A stretch of DNA of 64,000 nucleotides from assembly GCA_002436105.1 (NCBI GenBank), contig DIXU01000001.1:265500-329499 (forward strand), written 5' to 3'. A program made the translations under genes and the position numbers. This document shows, one piece after another, positions 56,230 to 64,000 of this stretch. This stretch comes from Candidatus Aminicenantes bacterium UBA6072. GTDB lineage: Bacteria > Acidobacteriota > Aminicenantia > UBA2199. Each line of letters begins with the position of its first letter. The first letter of the stretch is position 1. The notes under the pieces were generated by a model that had not been told where the DNA came from, searched no databases, and was given only the letters and a program-made list of their open reading frames with translations.

Positions 56230-57384
56230 ATGGATTTTTCACTGAGCGAAGAACACTTGGCATTCAAGGAAGAAACGCATAAATTCGCCGAGAAGGAAAT
56301 GCGTCCCAAGAGCCACGAATACGACGAGAAGAACGAATTTCCCCGCGAGATCATGCAGAAGGCCTTCGAGGCCGGGTTTCTCACCTCGGGCATTCCCGCC
56401 GAATACAACGGCGCCGGCTTTTCGACCCTGATCAACACCATCGTCTGCGAGGAGCTCGCCTGGGGCTGCGCCGGCATGTACACGTCGATCATGGCCAACA
56501 CCCTGGCCACCACCCCCATCGTCCTGTTCGGCAGCGAGGAGCAGAAGAAACAGTTCCTCACGCCGCTGACCGAAAAGATGACCTTCGCCTGTTTCGCCCT
56601 GACCGAGAAGGAGGCCGGCTCGGACAATTCCGCCATCCAGACCACCGCCGTCAAAAAGGGCGATCATTACGTCCTCAACGGCTCCAAGACCTTCATCACC
56701 AACGGCGGCGTCTCCCAGCTGGGAGTGGTCTTCGCGTCCACCGACAAGTCGCGCGGCGCCCGCGGCCTCACGGCCTTCATCGTGCCCATGGACTCGCCGG
56801 GCATCACCGTCGGCAAGCACGAGAACAAGATGGGCCACCGCGCCTCCAACACCACCGAGCTCTATTTCGACGAGGTCAAGGTCCCGGCCGCCAACGTCCT
56901 GAGGCGCGAGGGCATGGGCTTCATCATCGCCATGAAGACCCTCGATTACGCCCGGCCCGCCGTGGGCGCCGGCGGCGTGGGCGTGGCCCGAGCCGCATTC
57001 GAGGAAGCGCTGAAATACACCCAGTCGCGCGTGCAGTTCGGCCGTCCCATCGCCACCTTCCAGCACAACGCGTTCAAGCTGGCCGAGATGGCCACCGAGA
57101 TCGAGGCGGCGCGGCTGATGGTCTACCGCTCGGCATGGATGCTGGACAACGGGCTGAAAGCATCCAAGGAGTCGGCCATGGCCAAGGTCATGGCCACCGA
57201 CGTGGCCATGAAGGTCACCGTCGACGCCGTCCAGCTCTTCGGCGGCTACGGCTACATGAAGGAATACCCGGTGGAGAAGATGATGCGCGACGCCAAGCTG
57301 CTGCAGATCTACGAGGGCACCAACGAGATCCAGAAGCACGTCATATCGCTGGAGCTGCTCGGCGCGACCAAGAATATCGGCTGA
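56230..57384 (+). CDS. Acyl-CoA dehydrogenase
   Basis: ACAD N-terminal, middle and C-terminal domains, with the catalytic Glu region YEGTNEIQ at the C-terminus. Confidence 0.9.
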   Translation: MDFSLSEEHLAFKEETHKFAEKEMRPKSHEYDEKNEFPREIMQKAFEAGFLTSGIPAEYNGAGFSTLINTIVCEELAWGCAGMYTSIMANTLATTPIVLFGSEEQKKQFLTPLTEKMTFACFALTEKEAGSDNSAIQTTAVKKGDHYVLNGSKTFITNGGVSQLGVVFASTDKSRGARGLTAFIVPMDSPGITVGKHENKMGHRASNTTELYFDEVKVPAANVLRREGMGFIIAMKTLDYARPAVGAGGVGVARAAFEEALKYTQSRVQFGRPIATFQHNAFKLAEMATEIEAARLMVYRSAWMLDNGLKASKESAMAKVMATDVAMKVTVDAVQLFGGYGYMKEYPVEKMMRDAKLLQIYEGTNEIQKHVISLELLGATKNIG

Positions 57385-57415
57385 GCCGATGGGTCGCCCC
57401 AGCCGCAGCTGAACC

Positions 57416-58942
57416 ATGGCCATCCAGATCGACGGCGAAGCCCTTACCCTGGAGGAGTTCGACCGCGTCGCCCGCCTGCGCAAGCGGGTGGAGCTTTCCG
57501 AGCCGGCCGCGGAAAAGATCCGCCACTGCCGGCGCGTTCTGGAGGAATTCCTCCACAGCGACAAGCCCCATTACGGCATCAACACCGGCTTCGGCGCCCT
57601 GGCCCAGCGCCGCATCGAAAAAAAGGACCTGAAACGCCTGCAGCGCAACCTGATCCACAGCCACACCGCCGGCGTCGGTCCCTGTCTGCCGGCCGACATC
57701 GCGCGCGGCGTCATCCTGCTGCGCGCCAATGTCCTGGCCAAGGGCTACAGCGGCGTACGCCTGGAAGTGGTGCAGTTGCTCCTCGACCTGCTGAACAAGG
57801 ACATCGTGCCGCTGATCCCTTCCAAGGGCTCGGTGGGCGCCTCCGGCGACCTGGCTCCACTCTCGCACCTGGCCATGGTGCTGATCGGAGAGGGGGAAGT
57901 CCTATGCCAGGGCCTGGAGATGAACGCGGCCGCGGCCCTGAAAAAGGCCGGACTGCGTCCCCTGGAGCTCCTGGAAAAGGAGGGATTGGCCCTGATCAAC
58001 GGCACCCAGGTCATGACCGCCATCGGTATTTTCAACCTGCTCGAGGCGGAGAACCTGGTCAAGGCGGCCGATATCGCGGGCGCCATGACCTTCGAGGCCC
58101 AGCTGGGAAGCCCGACGCCCTTCTACGAGGAGATCCAGGAGGTCCGCCGCCATCCGGGGCAGATGGAAAGCGCCCGCAACGTCATGCGCCTGATCAAGGA
58201 TTCCCCGTTGTGGATCTCGCACCAGGGGAAGAAGAAGGTGCAGGACGCCTATTCCATCCGCTGCATCCCCCAGGTGCACGGGGCCGTGCGCGACACGCTC
58301 CAGCACGTGCGCCGCGTCCTGGAGATCGAGACGAACTCGGCCACCGAGAACCCGCTGATCTTCCCGGACAAGAAGATCATCCTGTCGGGCGGCAACTTCC
58401 ACGGCGAACCGGTGGCTTTCGCCATGGATTTCCTGGCCATCGCCATGACCGAGCTGGGAAATATCTCCGAGCGGCGCATCGACCGCCTGATCAATCCCGC
58501 ATCCAACATGGGGCTGCCCAATTTCCTGGTCGCCGACAACGGCCTCAACTCCGGCTTCATGATCGCCCATGTCACGGCCACGGCGCTGGCCTCGGAGAAC
58601 AAGTCCCTGGCCCATCCGGCCGCGGTGGACAACATCCCCACCTCGGCCAACCAGGAGGACCACGTCAGCATGGGCACAATCGGCGCCCGCAAGGCGCGCG
58701 AGATCATCGTCAACCTGCGCCATATCCTGGCCATCGAGTTGATGGCTGCCGCCCAGGCCCTCGATTTCTACGAGCTCAAGAGCTCGCCGCCGCTGGAGAG
58801 CGTCAAGGCCCTGATCCGCAAGCAGGTGCCGTTCCTCAACGAGGATACGCGCATGGACATCCCCATCCGCCAGGTCACCGACCTGATCGCGAGCGGCCAG
58901 CTGGTCGCTGCCGCCGAAAAGCCGGGCGTGCAGCTGCTCTGA
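57416..58942 (+). CDS. Histidine/aromatic amino acid ammonia-lyase (MIO-dependent, HutH-like)
   Basis: GSVGASGDLAPLSHLA with the ASG MIO-forming triad. About 508 aa. Confidence 0.85.
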   Translation: MAIQIDGEALTLEEFDRVARLRKRVELSEPAAEKIRHCRRVLEEFLHSDKPHYGINTGFGALAQRRIEKKDLKRLQRNLIHSHTAGVGPCLPADIARGVILLRANVLAKGYSGVRLEVVQLLLDLLNKDIVPLIPSKGSVGASGDLAPLSHLAMVLIGEGEVLCQGLEMNAAAALKKAGLRPLELLEKEGLALINGTQVMTAIGIFNLLEAENLVKAADIAGAMTFEAQLGSPTPFYEEIQEVRRHPGQMESARNVMRLIKDSPLWISHQGKKKVQDAYSIRCIPQVHGAVRDTLQHVRRVLEIETNSATENPLIFPDKKIILSGGNFHGEPVAFAMDFLAIAMTELGNISERRIDRLINPASNMGLPNFLVADNGLNSGFMIAHVTATALASENKSLAHPAAVDNIPTSANQEDHVSMGTIGARKAREIIVNLRHILAIELMAAAQALDFYELKSSPPLESVKALIRKQVPFLNEDTRMDIPIRQVTDLIASGQLVAAAEKPGVQLL

Positions 58943-59217
58943 TGTTTCAGCTCATCCTGCTGGCGGCGATCATTTATTTCCTTTACAGGTGGCTGCGCCA
59001 GGAAACGCCCGGGACACGGGGCAGCGACTCGCCGCCACCCCCCGCGACCGGGCCGTTCAACCGTTCCGCTGGACCCGTCGAGGAGATGCGCCAGGACCCG
59101 GTCTGCGGCACCTGGGTGCCGATCAGCCAGGCGGTCACCCTGAACCGCGACGGCGAGACGCTCCATTTCTGCTCGGCCGAGTGCCGGGACAAGTATCTCA
59201 AAGAGGCGAACAAGTAG
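58942..59217 (+). CDS. Small membrane protein with YHS/TRASH-type metal-binding domain
   Basis: TM helix (LILLAAIIYFLYRWL), then DPVCGTWV...LHFCSAECRDKY. The start overlaps the lyase stop (TGATG). Confidence 0.55.
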   Translation: MFQLILLAAIIYFLYRWLRQETPGTRGSDSPPPPATGPFNRSAGPVEEMRQDPVCGTWVPISQAVTLNRDGETLHFCSAECRDKYLKEANK

Positions 59218-59458
59218 TGTCAGTGAAAGTGTCAGCAAGAAACTCGCCGACTCAACCTTATTCCAGGCTTTAAGAAATAAAGAAAGAGAAAGTGGCCGGG
59301 AGGTAAGGCAAGAATAAAGGCGGCAATGAATTCGTTCTTTGCTGTTGTTCTCCCCTGTACAGTTTTTCCTGACCTCTTTTTTTTCTGCAAGGGCTAGTTC
59401 GCCGGGTTTTTTGCTGAACTGGCATTGACACTGACAATTTGAAGAAAAAAGTGGGGGT

Positions 59459-59980
59459 TTACTTGTGGCCGGTGGACAAGGCGGCGTCGGGGGTGCGCGC
59501 ATGGCGGTTGAGTTTTTCCAGGAGATCCTCCGGATTCATTTCATCCTTGTTCAGGATGGAATCTTTGCCCAAGCCCATGCCGATCAGCGCCCCCAGGCCG
59601 GCGGCCGGCAAGCCGATGAAAATTCCCGACAAGCCTGCGTCCATGACCGCATCATTGCAGCTGTGCGAATCCCTGCTGATGCCGAAGGCGACCAGTGTGC
59701 CCCCCAGAAATCCGATCAACATGCCGGTCCCGGCCCTCGACTTTTTCTTGATCCTCACCGAGCCGATCTCTGCCAGGCCGACGAGCGCTCCGCCGCTGCC
59801 GTTGCCGACGACCAGGCCGTCGCGCTTGACCGTCAGCAGCTCGTCGCGGATCTCGCTCCCATTCTCGCGCTGCACCACGACCTGGGCCCCCTTGCGCTCC
59901 CTGGCCGACAGCGGCGCCGACCCCAGCAGCAGCACCGCCATCATGCTCCAGGCCATGATCCTTTGCGTTCTCGTTCTCAT
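59459..59980 (-). CDS. Hypothetical secreted glycine-zipper protein
   Basis: GGAGG SD, signal peptide MAWSMMAVLLLGSAPLSA, and GxxxG-rich hydrophobic segments. Confidence 0.5.
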   Translation of the reverse strand: MRTRTQRIMAWSMMAVLLLGSAPLSARERKGAQVVVQRENGSEIRDELLTVKRDGLVVGNGSGGALVGLAEIGSVRIKKKSRAGTGMLIGFLGGTLVAFGISRDSHSCNDAVMDAGLSGIFIGLPAAGLGALIGMGLGKDSILNKDEMNPEDLLEKLNRHARTPDAALSTGHK

Positions 59981-60109
59981 CTTCCCTCCCCGGCACAAAC
60001 CTTGCAGCGGCCCATGCCATCTGGATCGCTTACTCCACCCTCGCCTTCAAATGGGCGTTCCTCATTTTTCTTCCGTTGTTTTGACGCGCAGCTTCTTTCT
60101 TGCCGCTCT

Positions 60110-60520
60110 TCACGATGCCAAGGAGACCAGCAAGGCGATGTACTTGGAATCGCCGGAACCATGGTTCTGGAAAAATCTATCCTGGGCCAGTTGCGCCATC
60201 CCATGCTCGAGCCTGAAGTCGATGTCGGTCCTCCAGGAGCGCTTTTTGCGTGCCCGGGTACCGAAGCCGAGGATCCAGCCGTAATCGAAGGACTTGATCC
60301 TGGCATAATCGTCCCCGAAGAATCGCCACTTGTCTCCCTCCAACCCGCTCATCCTGGCGCCCAACAGCCATCCCGCATAGACGCCTGCAAACAGGTGGAA
60401 ACCCTGCCGGCTGCGGACCAAATATTTCTCGAGGATCAAAGGAACCTCGAAATACTGATAATGGGCACGGATCGCACAACCGGTTGGCACTCGGTATATC
60501 CCCCTTCCGGGAATATCCAC
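60110..60520 (-). CDS. Hypothetical protein, outer-membrane beta-barrel-like fragment (possible gene remnant)
   Basis: Alternating aromatic/hydrophobic beta-strand-like pattern (FDYGWILGFG, WRTDIDFRLEHG), but no signal peptide and an odd C-terminus. An alternative-frame ORF 60177-60539 competes. Confidence 0.3.
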   Translation of the reverse strand: MDIPGRGIYRVPTGCAIRAHYQYFEVPLILEKYLVRSRQGFHLFAGVYAGWLLGARMSGLEGDKWRFFGDDYARIKSFDYGWILGFGTRARKKRSWRTDIDFRLEHGMAQLAQDRFFQNHGSGDSKYIALLVSLAS

Positions 60521-60717
60521 AATAACTCCTTCGTCTCATCCCCTTTCAGGGCATACAGCCCCTCGATGCGCAACAAGGAGGTCGAGTCAAACTCCCGGGA
60601 AGTCAACCGGGTAGCGGCGAAGGTCCGCAGGCGATTCTTCTTGACTTGCCGGGAAAATTAGGGTATATTCTGGTCTCACCGGTCATGATTTTTCAAAAAA
60701 AAGGAGTGTGATCGCAA

Positions 60718-60921
60718 GTGGCATTTGTAGAGCTTTCCCAGGGCGAATCTTTCGAAAGCGCCCTGCGCCGGTTCAAGCGCAAAGTGCAGATGGAAGCCAT
60801 CATCAAAGAGATCAAGAAGCACAGCGTCTACTTGAAACCCGGCGAGCGCAAGCGCCTCAAGGCCGCCCAGGCCAAGAAACGCATGCGCAAGCGGATGCGC
60901 AGAGACATTTCCGAGCTGTAG
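60718..60921 (+). CDS. rpsU: 30S ribosomal protein S21
   Basis: The sequence VELSQGESFESALRRFKRKVQMEAIIKEIKKHSVYLKPGERKR with a GTG start. AAGGAG SD at 60702. Confidence 0.9.
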   Translation: MAFVELSQGESFESALRRFKRKVQMEAIIKEIKKHSVYLKPGERKRLKAAQAKKRMRKRMRRDISEL

Positions 60922-60934
60922 AGACCCTGGCAAG

Positions 60935-61009
60935 CGGGGCGTAGCGCAGCCTGGTCAGCGCGCCTGCCTTGGGAGCAGGAGGTCGGAAGTTCAAATCTTC
61001 TCGCCCCGA
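60935..61009 (+). tRNA. tRNA-Pro (anticodon TGG)
   Basis: CGGGGCG acceptor, anticodon stem-loop CCTGC-CTTGGGA-GCAGG, T-loop GTTCAAATC. Confidence 0.85.
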
Positions 61010-61023
61010 TTCCACAAGTGCGG

Positions 61024-61096
61024 GCACCCGTAGCTCAAAGGATAGAGCAGCTGACTTCTAATCAGCAGGCTGAAGGTTCGAGTCCTTCCGGGTGCG
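61024..61096 (+). tRNA. tRNA-Arg (anticodon TCT)
   Basis: GCACCCG acceptor, anticodon stem-loop GCTGA-CTTCTAA-TCAGC, T-loop GGTTCGAGTCC. Confidence 0.85.
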
Positions 61097-61455
61097 CTTT
61101 CAGTTTCCTTTTTTCAGTTTTACCTGCAGTTCCCCAAAAGCAATTCAATACCCCTTGGGTGCGCGAGGATATTAGATAATATTATTGTTTTTGGAAACAA
61201 TCTGACTTAAAAAATCCGATGCATTTAGAATTAGAATGTGATCCTGACGAAACAGCAAATAATACATTTTTCGCCATCCTGGTCCCTCAACAATATTATC
61301 TGAAAAACACTCGTTTTTTGAGAAAAAAACCTTCACGCACCCGGGGTCCCATTCTTGACATTCCGTTCCCGCCGACTATGATGAAGGCAAGGGAATGAGG
61401 TCGCCGGAGAGCCGGCAGCTGCCGGCTCCTTCCAGGAAGACCGGGGGGAGGAAAA

Positions 61456-63369
61456 ATGAACATCAGGACATTGATCATGCTGGCGTTTTTGTTTTGCGCG
61501 GTTTTTTCCTTGGCGGCTGAGGAAGGGACGCCGACAGCCGTTTCGCCCGGCAACAGCCATGGCGTGGCCCTGGTCGAGAGCCGCTGCCCGGCGTTCAGCT
61601 GGTCGGGGGTGGCCTGGGCGCAGAAGTACCGGGTGGTGGTGTTCGCGGTCGCGGAACCGGGGGCAGGGATCGACGATGAGACACGGCAGGCCGTCGATGA
61701 CGGCCTGCCGGCGATGCCCGGCGCCGATCCGGAAGCGCACCGCAAGCCGGTCCTGTCCGCGGAGATCGCCGCCGGCGCCCTTTCCTGGACGCCGAGCGTC
61801 TCCCAGGGCTTGGCTGAAGGCGTGGATTACGCCTGGTGCGTGGGAGCCCTGGACGCCAATGGCGCCTGGACGTGGTCGGAGCTGATGCGCTTCCGGATCG
61901 ACATCGGCGCCAGGCAGGCCCTGGGTGCAAGGGACCCGGCAGGATTGAAAGAGGAGAAGGACGGGGCAACAGCCGATGCAGCGGGGTACGCTTCCGCGGG
62001 GAAAGACGCGGGCAAAAAAGACATGCCGGTTGATCGCGCCAGCCCCATGGGCACGGAGGGAGCCTGCAGCACGTTCTACGGCACGGGGGCCGGGGCCAAC
62101 AACTCCAGCGATTACTACGATAATAGTTTTTTCGGCAGCGGCGCCGGGTATGCCAACACAAACGGAATCTATAACACCTTCATGGGATTTTTCGCCGGAT
62201 ACAGCAACTCCACTGGGAACTATAATACCTTCATGGGCCATTCGGCCGGGGAAGCCAACACTATTGGTGGCCAAAATACCTTCATGGGCTATGATGCCGG
62301 TTCTTACAACACCTCTGGGGACTACAACACCTTCATTGGCAGTTCGGCCGGGGTTTCCAACACTACCGGGAATGCAAACACCTTCTTAGGAAACGAGGCC
62401 GGAGCTTTCAACACCATTGGAGATTACAATACCTTTTTAGGCACTAGGGCAGGATTCCACAACATCGACGGATGGCATAACACTATTATTGGACGTTATG
62501 CCGGACACGCCAACACATCCGGAAGCTACAACACCTTTTTGGGCAATGGCAGCGGCGAGGCCAATACTACCGGCTACCGCAACATCTTTATAGGAGGTGG
62601 AGCTGGCCAATATAACATCACAGGAGGAGACAATACTTTCCTGGGCCATGCCGCCGGGCACGAAAACACTGCCGGAAACAGGAATGTTTTTCTCGGTTAC
62701 AATGCCGGTTTTTACGAAGCCGGCTCCGACAAGCTGTACATCGACAGCAGCGACACGACCGCGCCGCTGATCTACGGCGATTTTGCCGCCAACCTGGTGC
62801 GCGTCAACGGCACGCTGGAGACGACCAGGACCGGGAGCAACAACGTCCTGGCGGTCACGCGCACCGACGGGGCGTCGTTCAAGCTCAGCGCCATGGGCGC
62901 CTCGGGCCAGCTGGGCACCGTCTCCTCGCACCCGGTGAACTTCATGACCAACAACGTCAAGCGCATGACGATCGCCATCAGCGGCAACGTCGGCATCGGC
63001 GTCACCGTGCCTGCCTACCCCCTGCACATGGCCAGCGGCGCCCACTGCACGGCCGGCGGCGTGTGGACCAACGCCTCCAGCCGGGCGCTGAAGGAGAACA
63101 TCGTCGATTTGAAGGCGGAGGAAGCGGTGGCCGCCTTGAACGAACTGAACCCGGTCAGGTTCACCTACAAGTCCGACCGCGCCGACGAGCAGGTGGGATT
63201 CATCGCCGAGGACGTGCCCGAGCTGGTGGCCACCCGGGACCGCAAGGGCATGAGCGCCATGGACGTCGTGGCCGTCTTGACCAGGGTGGTCCAGGAGCAG
63301 CAGAAGGCGCTCGCCGGGCTGCAGGCCGAGATCAAGATGCTGAAAGAGGCGGCGCAAGCGGACAAATAG
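61456..63369 (+). CDS. Secreted tail-fibre/adhesin-like repeat protein with C-terminal peptidase S74 intramolecular-chaperone (auto-processing) domain
   Basis: Signal peptide. Ten to eleven tandem 17-residue repeats NTFxGxxAGxxNTxGxx run from about 62170 to 62700. The C-terminal domain is SSRALKENIVDLKAEEAVAALNELNPVRFTYK...GFIAEDVPELV...coiled-coil, matching the endosialidase/tail-spike chaperone (S74) signature (SxxxLKENI, FIAxxVP). Confidence 0.8.
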   Translation: MNIRTLIMLAFLFCAVFSLAAEEGTPTAVSPGNSHGVALVESRCPAFSWSGVAWAQKYRVVVFAVAEPGAGIDDETRQAVDDGLPAMPGADPEAHRKPVLSAEIAAGALSWTPSVSQGLAEGVDYAWCVGALDANGAWTWSELMRFRIDIGARQALGARDPAGLKEEKDGATADAAGYASAGKDAGKKDMPVDRASPMGTEGACSTFYGTGAGANNSSDYYDNSFFGSGAGYANTNGIYNTFMGFFAGYSNSTGNYNTFMGHSAGEANTIGGQNTFMGYDAGSYNTSGDYNTFIGSSAGVSNTTGNANTFLGNEAGAFNTIGDYNTFLGTRAGFHNIDGWHNTIIGRYAGHANTSGSYNTFLGNGSGEANTTGYRNIFIGGGAGQYNITGGDNTFLGHAAGHENTAGNRNVFLGYNAGFYEAGSDKLYIDSSDTTAPLIYGDFAANLVRVNGTLETTRTGSNNVLAVTRTDGASFKLSAMGASGQLGTVSSHPVNFMTNNVKRMTIAISGNVGIGVTVPAYPLHMASGAHCTAGGVWTNASSRALKENIVDLKAEEAVAALNELNPVRFTYKSDRADEQVGFIAEDVPELVATRDRKGMSAMDVVAVLTRVVQEQQKALAGLQAEIKMLKEAAQADK

Positions 63370-63477
63370 CCGCACCGCCCATGTTCCGCGGCAGCAACGG
63401 GACCGGCCTGGCCCTCAGGGAAGGCGGTCTCGAGCGCAGGACCATGGCTCGACAATATCTCTGCAGTGAAGAAACAG

Positions 63478-63497
63478 ATCACATTTTTCACTATTGA
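63478..63497 (+). promoter_or_regulatory. 20-nt motif ATCACATTTTTCACTATTGA (copy 2) upstream of a lipoprotein gene
   Basis: Exact match to 44718-44737. ttgaac / taagaat -35/-10-like elements follow. Confidence 0.5.
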
Positions 63498-63720
63498 ACT
63501 GTTTCCGGTTTAAGAATACGATTTCTGCGGGGCCGGAAGACGCCGCCTTCACCTTGAACGGCATGCCTTTCGCGCAGGTCCGTTATCCCCATAAGCAGGG
63601 AGATATCGGGCGTCTGTTCTGGTGGTTCCCCGGCAGCCCGCCCATGCCGGCCCGCCGGGAGCTTGGCGCTTGATTTTTCCCTAAAAGGGGCGTACATTTT
63701 CCGGCGTCAAGGAGAAACCA

Positions 63721-64000
63721 ATGAACCCTGCCCGGATCTTCAAGAATTCGTCGCGGATCGTCACCCTGGCCGCCGCGGCCCTGGCCCTGCTCTCCTGCGG
63801 CAGCAGCCGGATCACATTGTCCGATATGGTGGGCACATGGCTATTCCGCAACACGGTCAGCGCCGACTATTCCCAATTCATCGCCGCCGAGTGGCAGATC
63901 GTCTTCAACGCCGACGGGACGTACCTGATCCCGGAGCTGAGCAACATGACCCAGCCGGACTTCGACTGCAGGGACGGCCTTTTCCGCATTGTCCTCCATT
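63721..64000 (+). CDS. Lipoprotein, hypothetical (partial, continues beyond window)
   Basis: AGGAG SD, signal peptide with lipobox (ALLSCGSS). The ORF is open to the window end. Confidence 0.5.
   Translation, partial: MNPARIFKNSSRIVTLAAAALALLSCGSSRITLSDMVGTWLFRNTVSADYSQFIAAEWQIVFNADGTYLIPELSNMTQPDFDCRDGLFRIVLH

Noticed and set aside
59459-60520. Single interrupted gene: ORFs 60110-60520 and 59459-59998 are in the same frame
   Set aside because: Three in-frame stop codons separate them. The downstream ORF has its own GGAGG SD and signal peptide, so two separate genes, the upstream one doubtful, is the simpler reading.
61100-61440. Integrase or attachment site directly after tRNA-Arg
   Set aside because: No ORF with integrase motifs, and no repeat of the tRNA 3' end, is present within the window. 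Only the AT-rich island and tail-fibre-like gene are reported.

Overview
This is a GC-rich (about 65% GC) chromosomal segment from a diderm bacterium, so far as sequence alone can show. It carries outer-membrane and LPS-core genes (BamD-like, FadL-like, heptosyltransferase, HldE-type heptose kinase/adenylyltransferase) together with sigma-54 machinery. It is gene-dense, and most of it is housekeeping: uvrC, rpe, queH, mreB-mreC-mreD-mrdA-rodA, metG, an Hsp70 paralog, rplS-rnhB, rpsU, and five tRNAs (Leu-CAA, Phe-GAA, Pro-TGG, Arg-TCT). There are several secreted peptidases (S46 dipeptidyl-peptidase, M14 carboxypeptidase-like) and a large cluster of TPR-rich signalling proteins: a 944-aa TPR protein, a 1295-aa sigma-54 activator, orphan Opp/Dpp-type permeases, a PilZ protein, a Clp-like AAA+ protein with an N-terminal domain, and a TPR Ser/Thr kinase. 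The most unusual region is the first 6 kb. A radical-SAM/SPASM enzyme with an N-terminal PqqD-like peptide-recognition domain is transcribed divergently from an ABC exporter. Both are embedded among three copies (one inverted) of a long composite repeat element of about 340 to 520 bp, built from modules of micro-tandem repeats. One module is a variable-number (GTTCCAY)n heptamer array. On the strand co-directional with the rSAM gene it reads as ...GTWN(M/V)E(H/R)... heptapeptide repeats and carries one GGA motif per unit. A catalytically degenerate M50 (site-2 protease) homolog and a small lipoprotein lie inside the repeat-bracketed segment. Other notable items are an exact 20-nt motif present twice (upstream of the sigma-54 activator gene and upstream of a lipoprotein gene), and a tRNA-Pro/tRNA-Arg site followed by an AT-rich island. 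That island carries a tail-fibre-like protein with ten or eleven 17-residue repeats and a C-terminal S74 intramolecular-chaperone domain. A bacterial EndoQ-like PHP nuclease is also present. Many genes are preceded by TATAAT boxes with short leaders. All calls are from manual reading of the sequence and the six-frame translations; no database search was possible.
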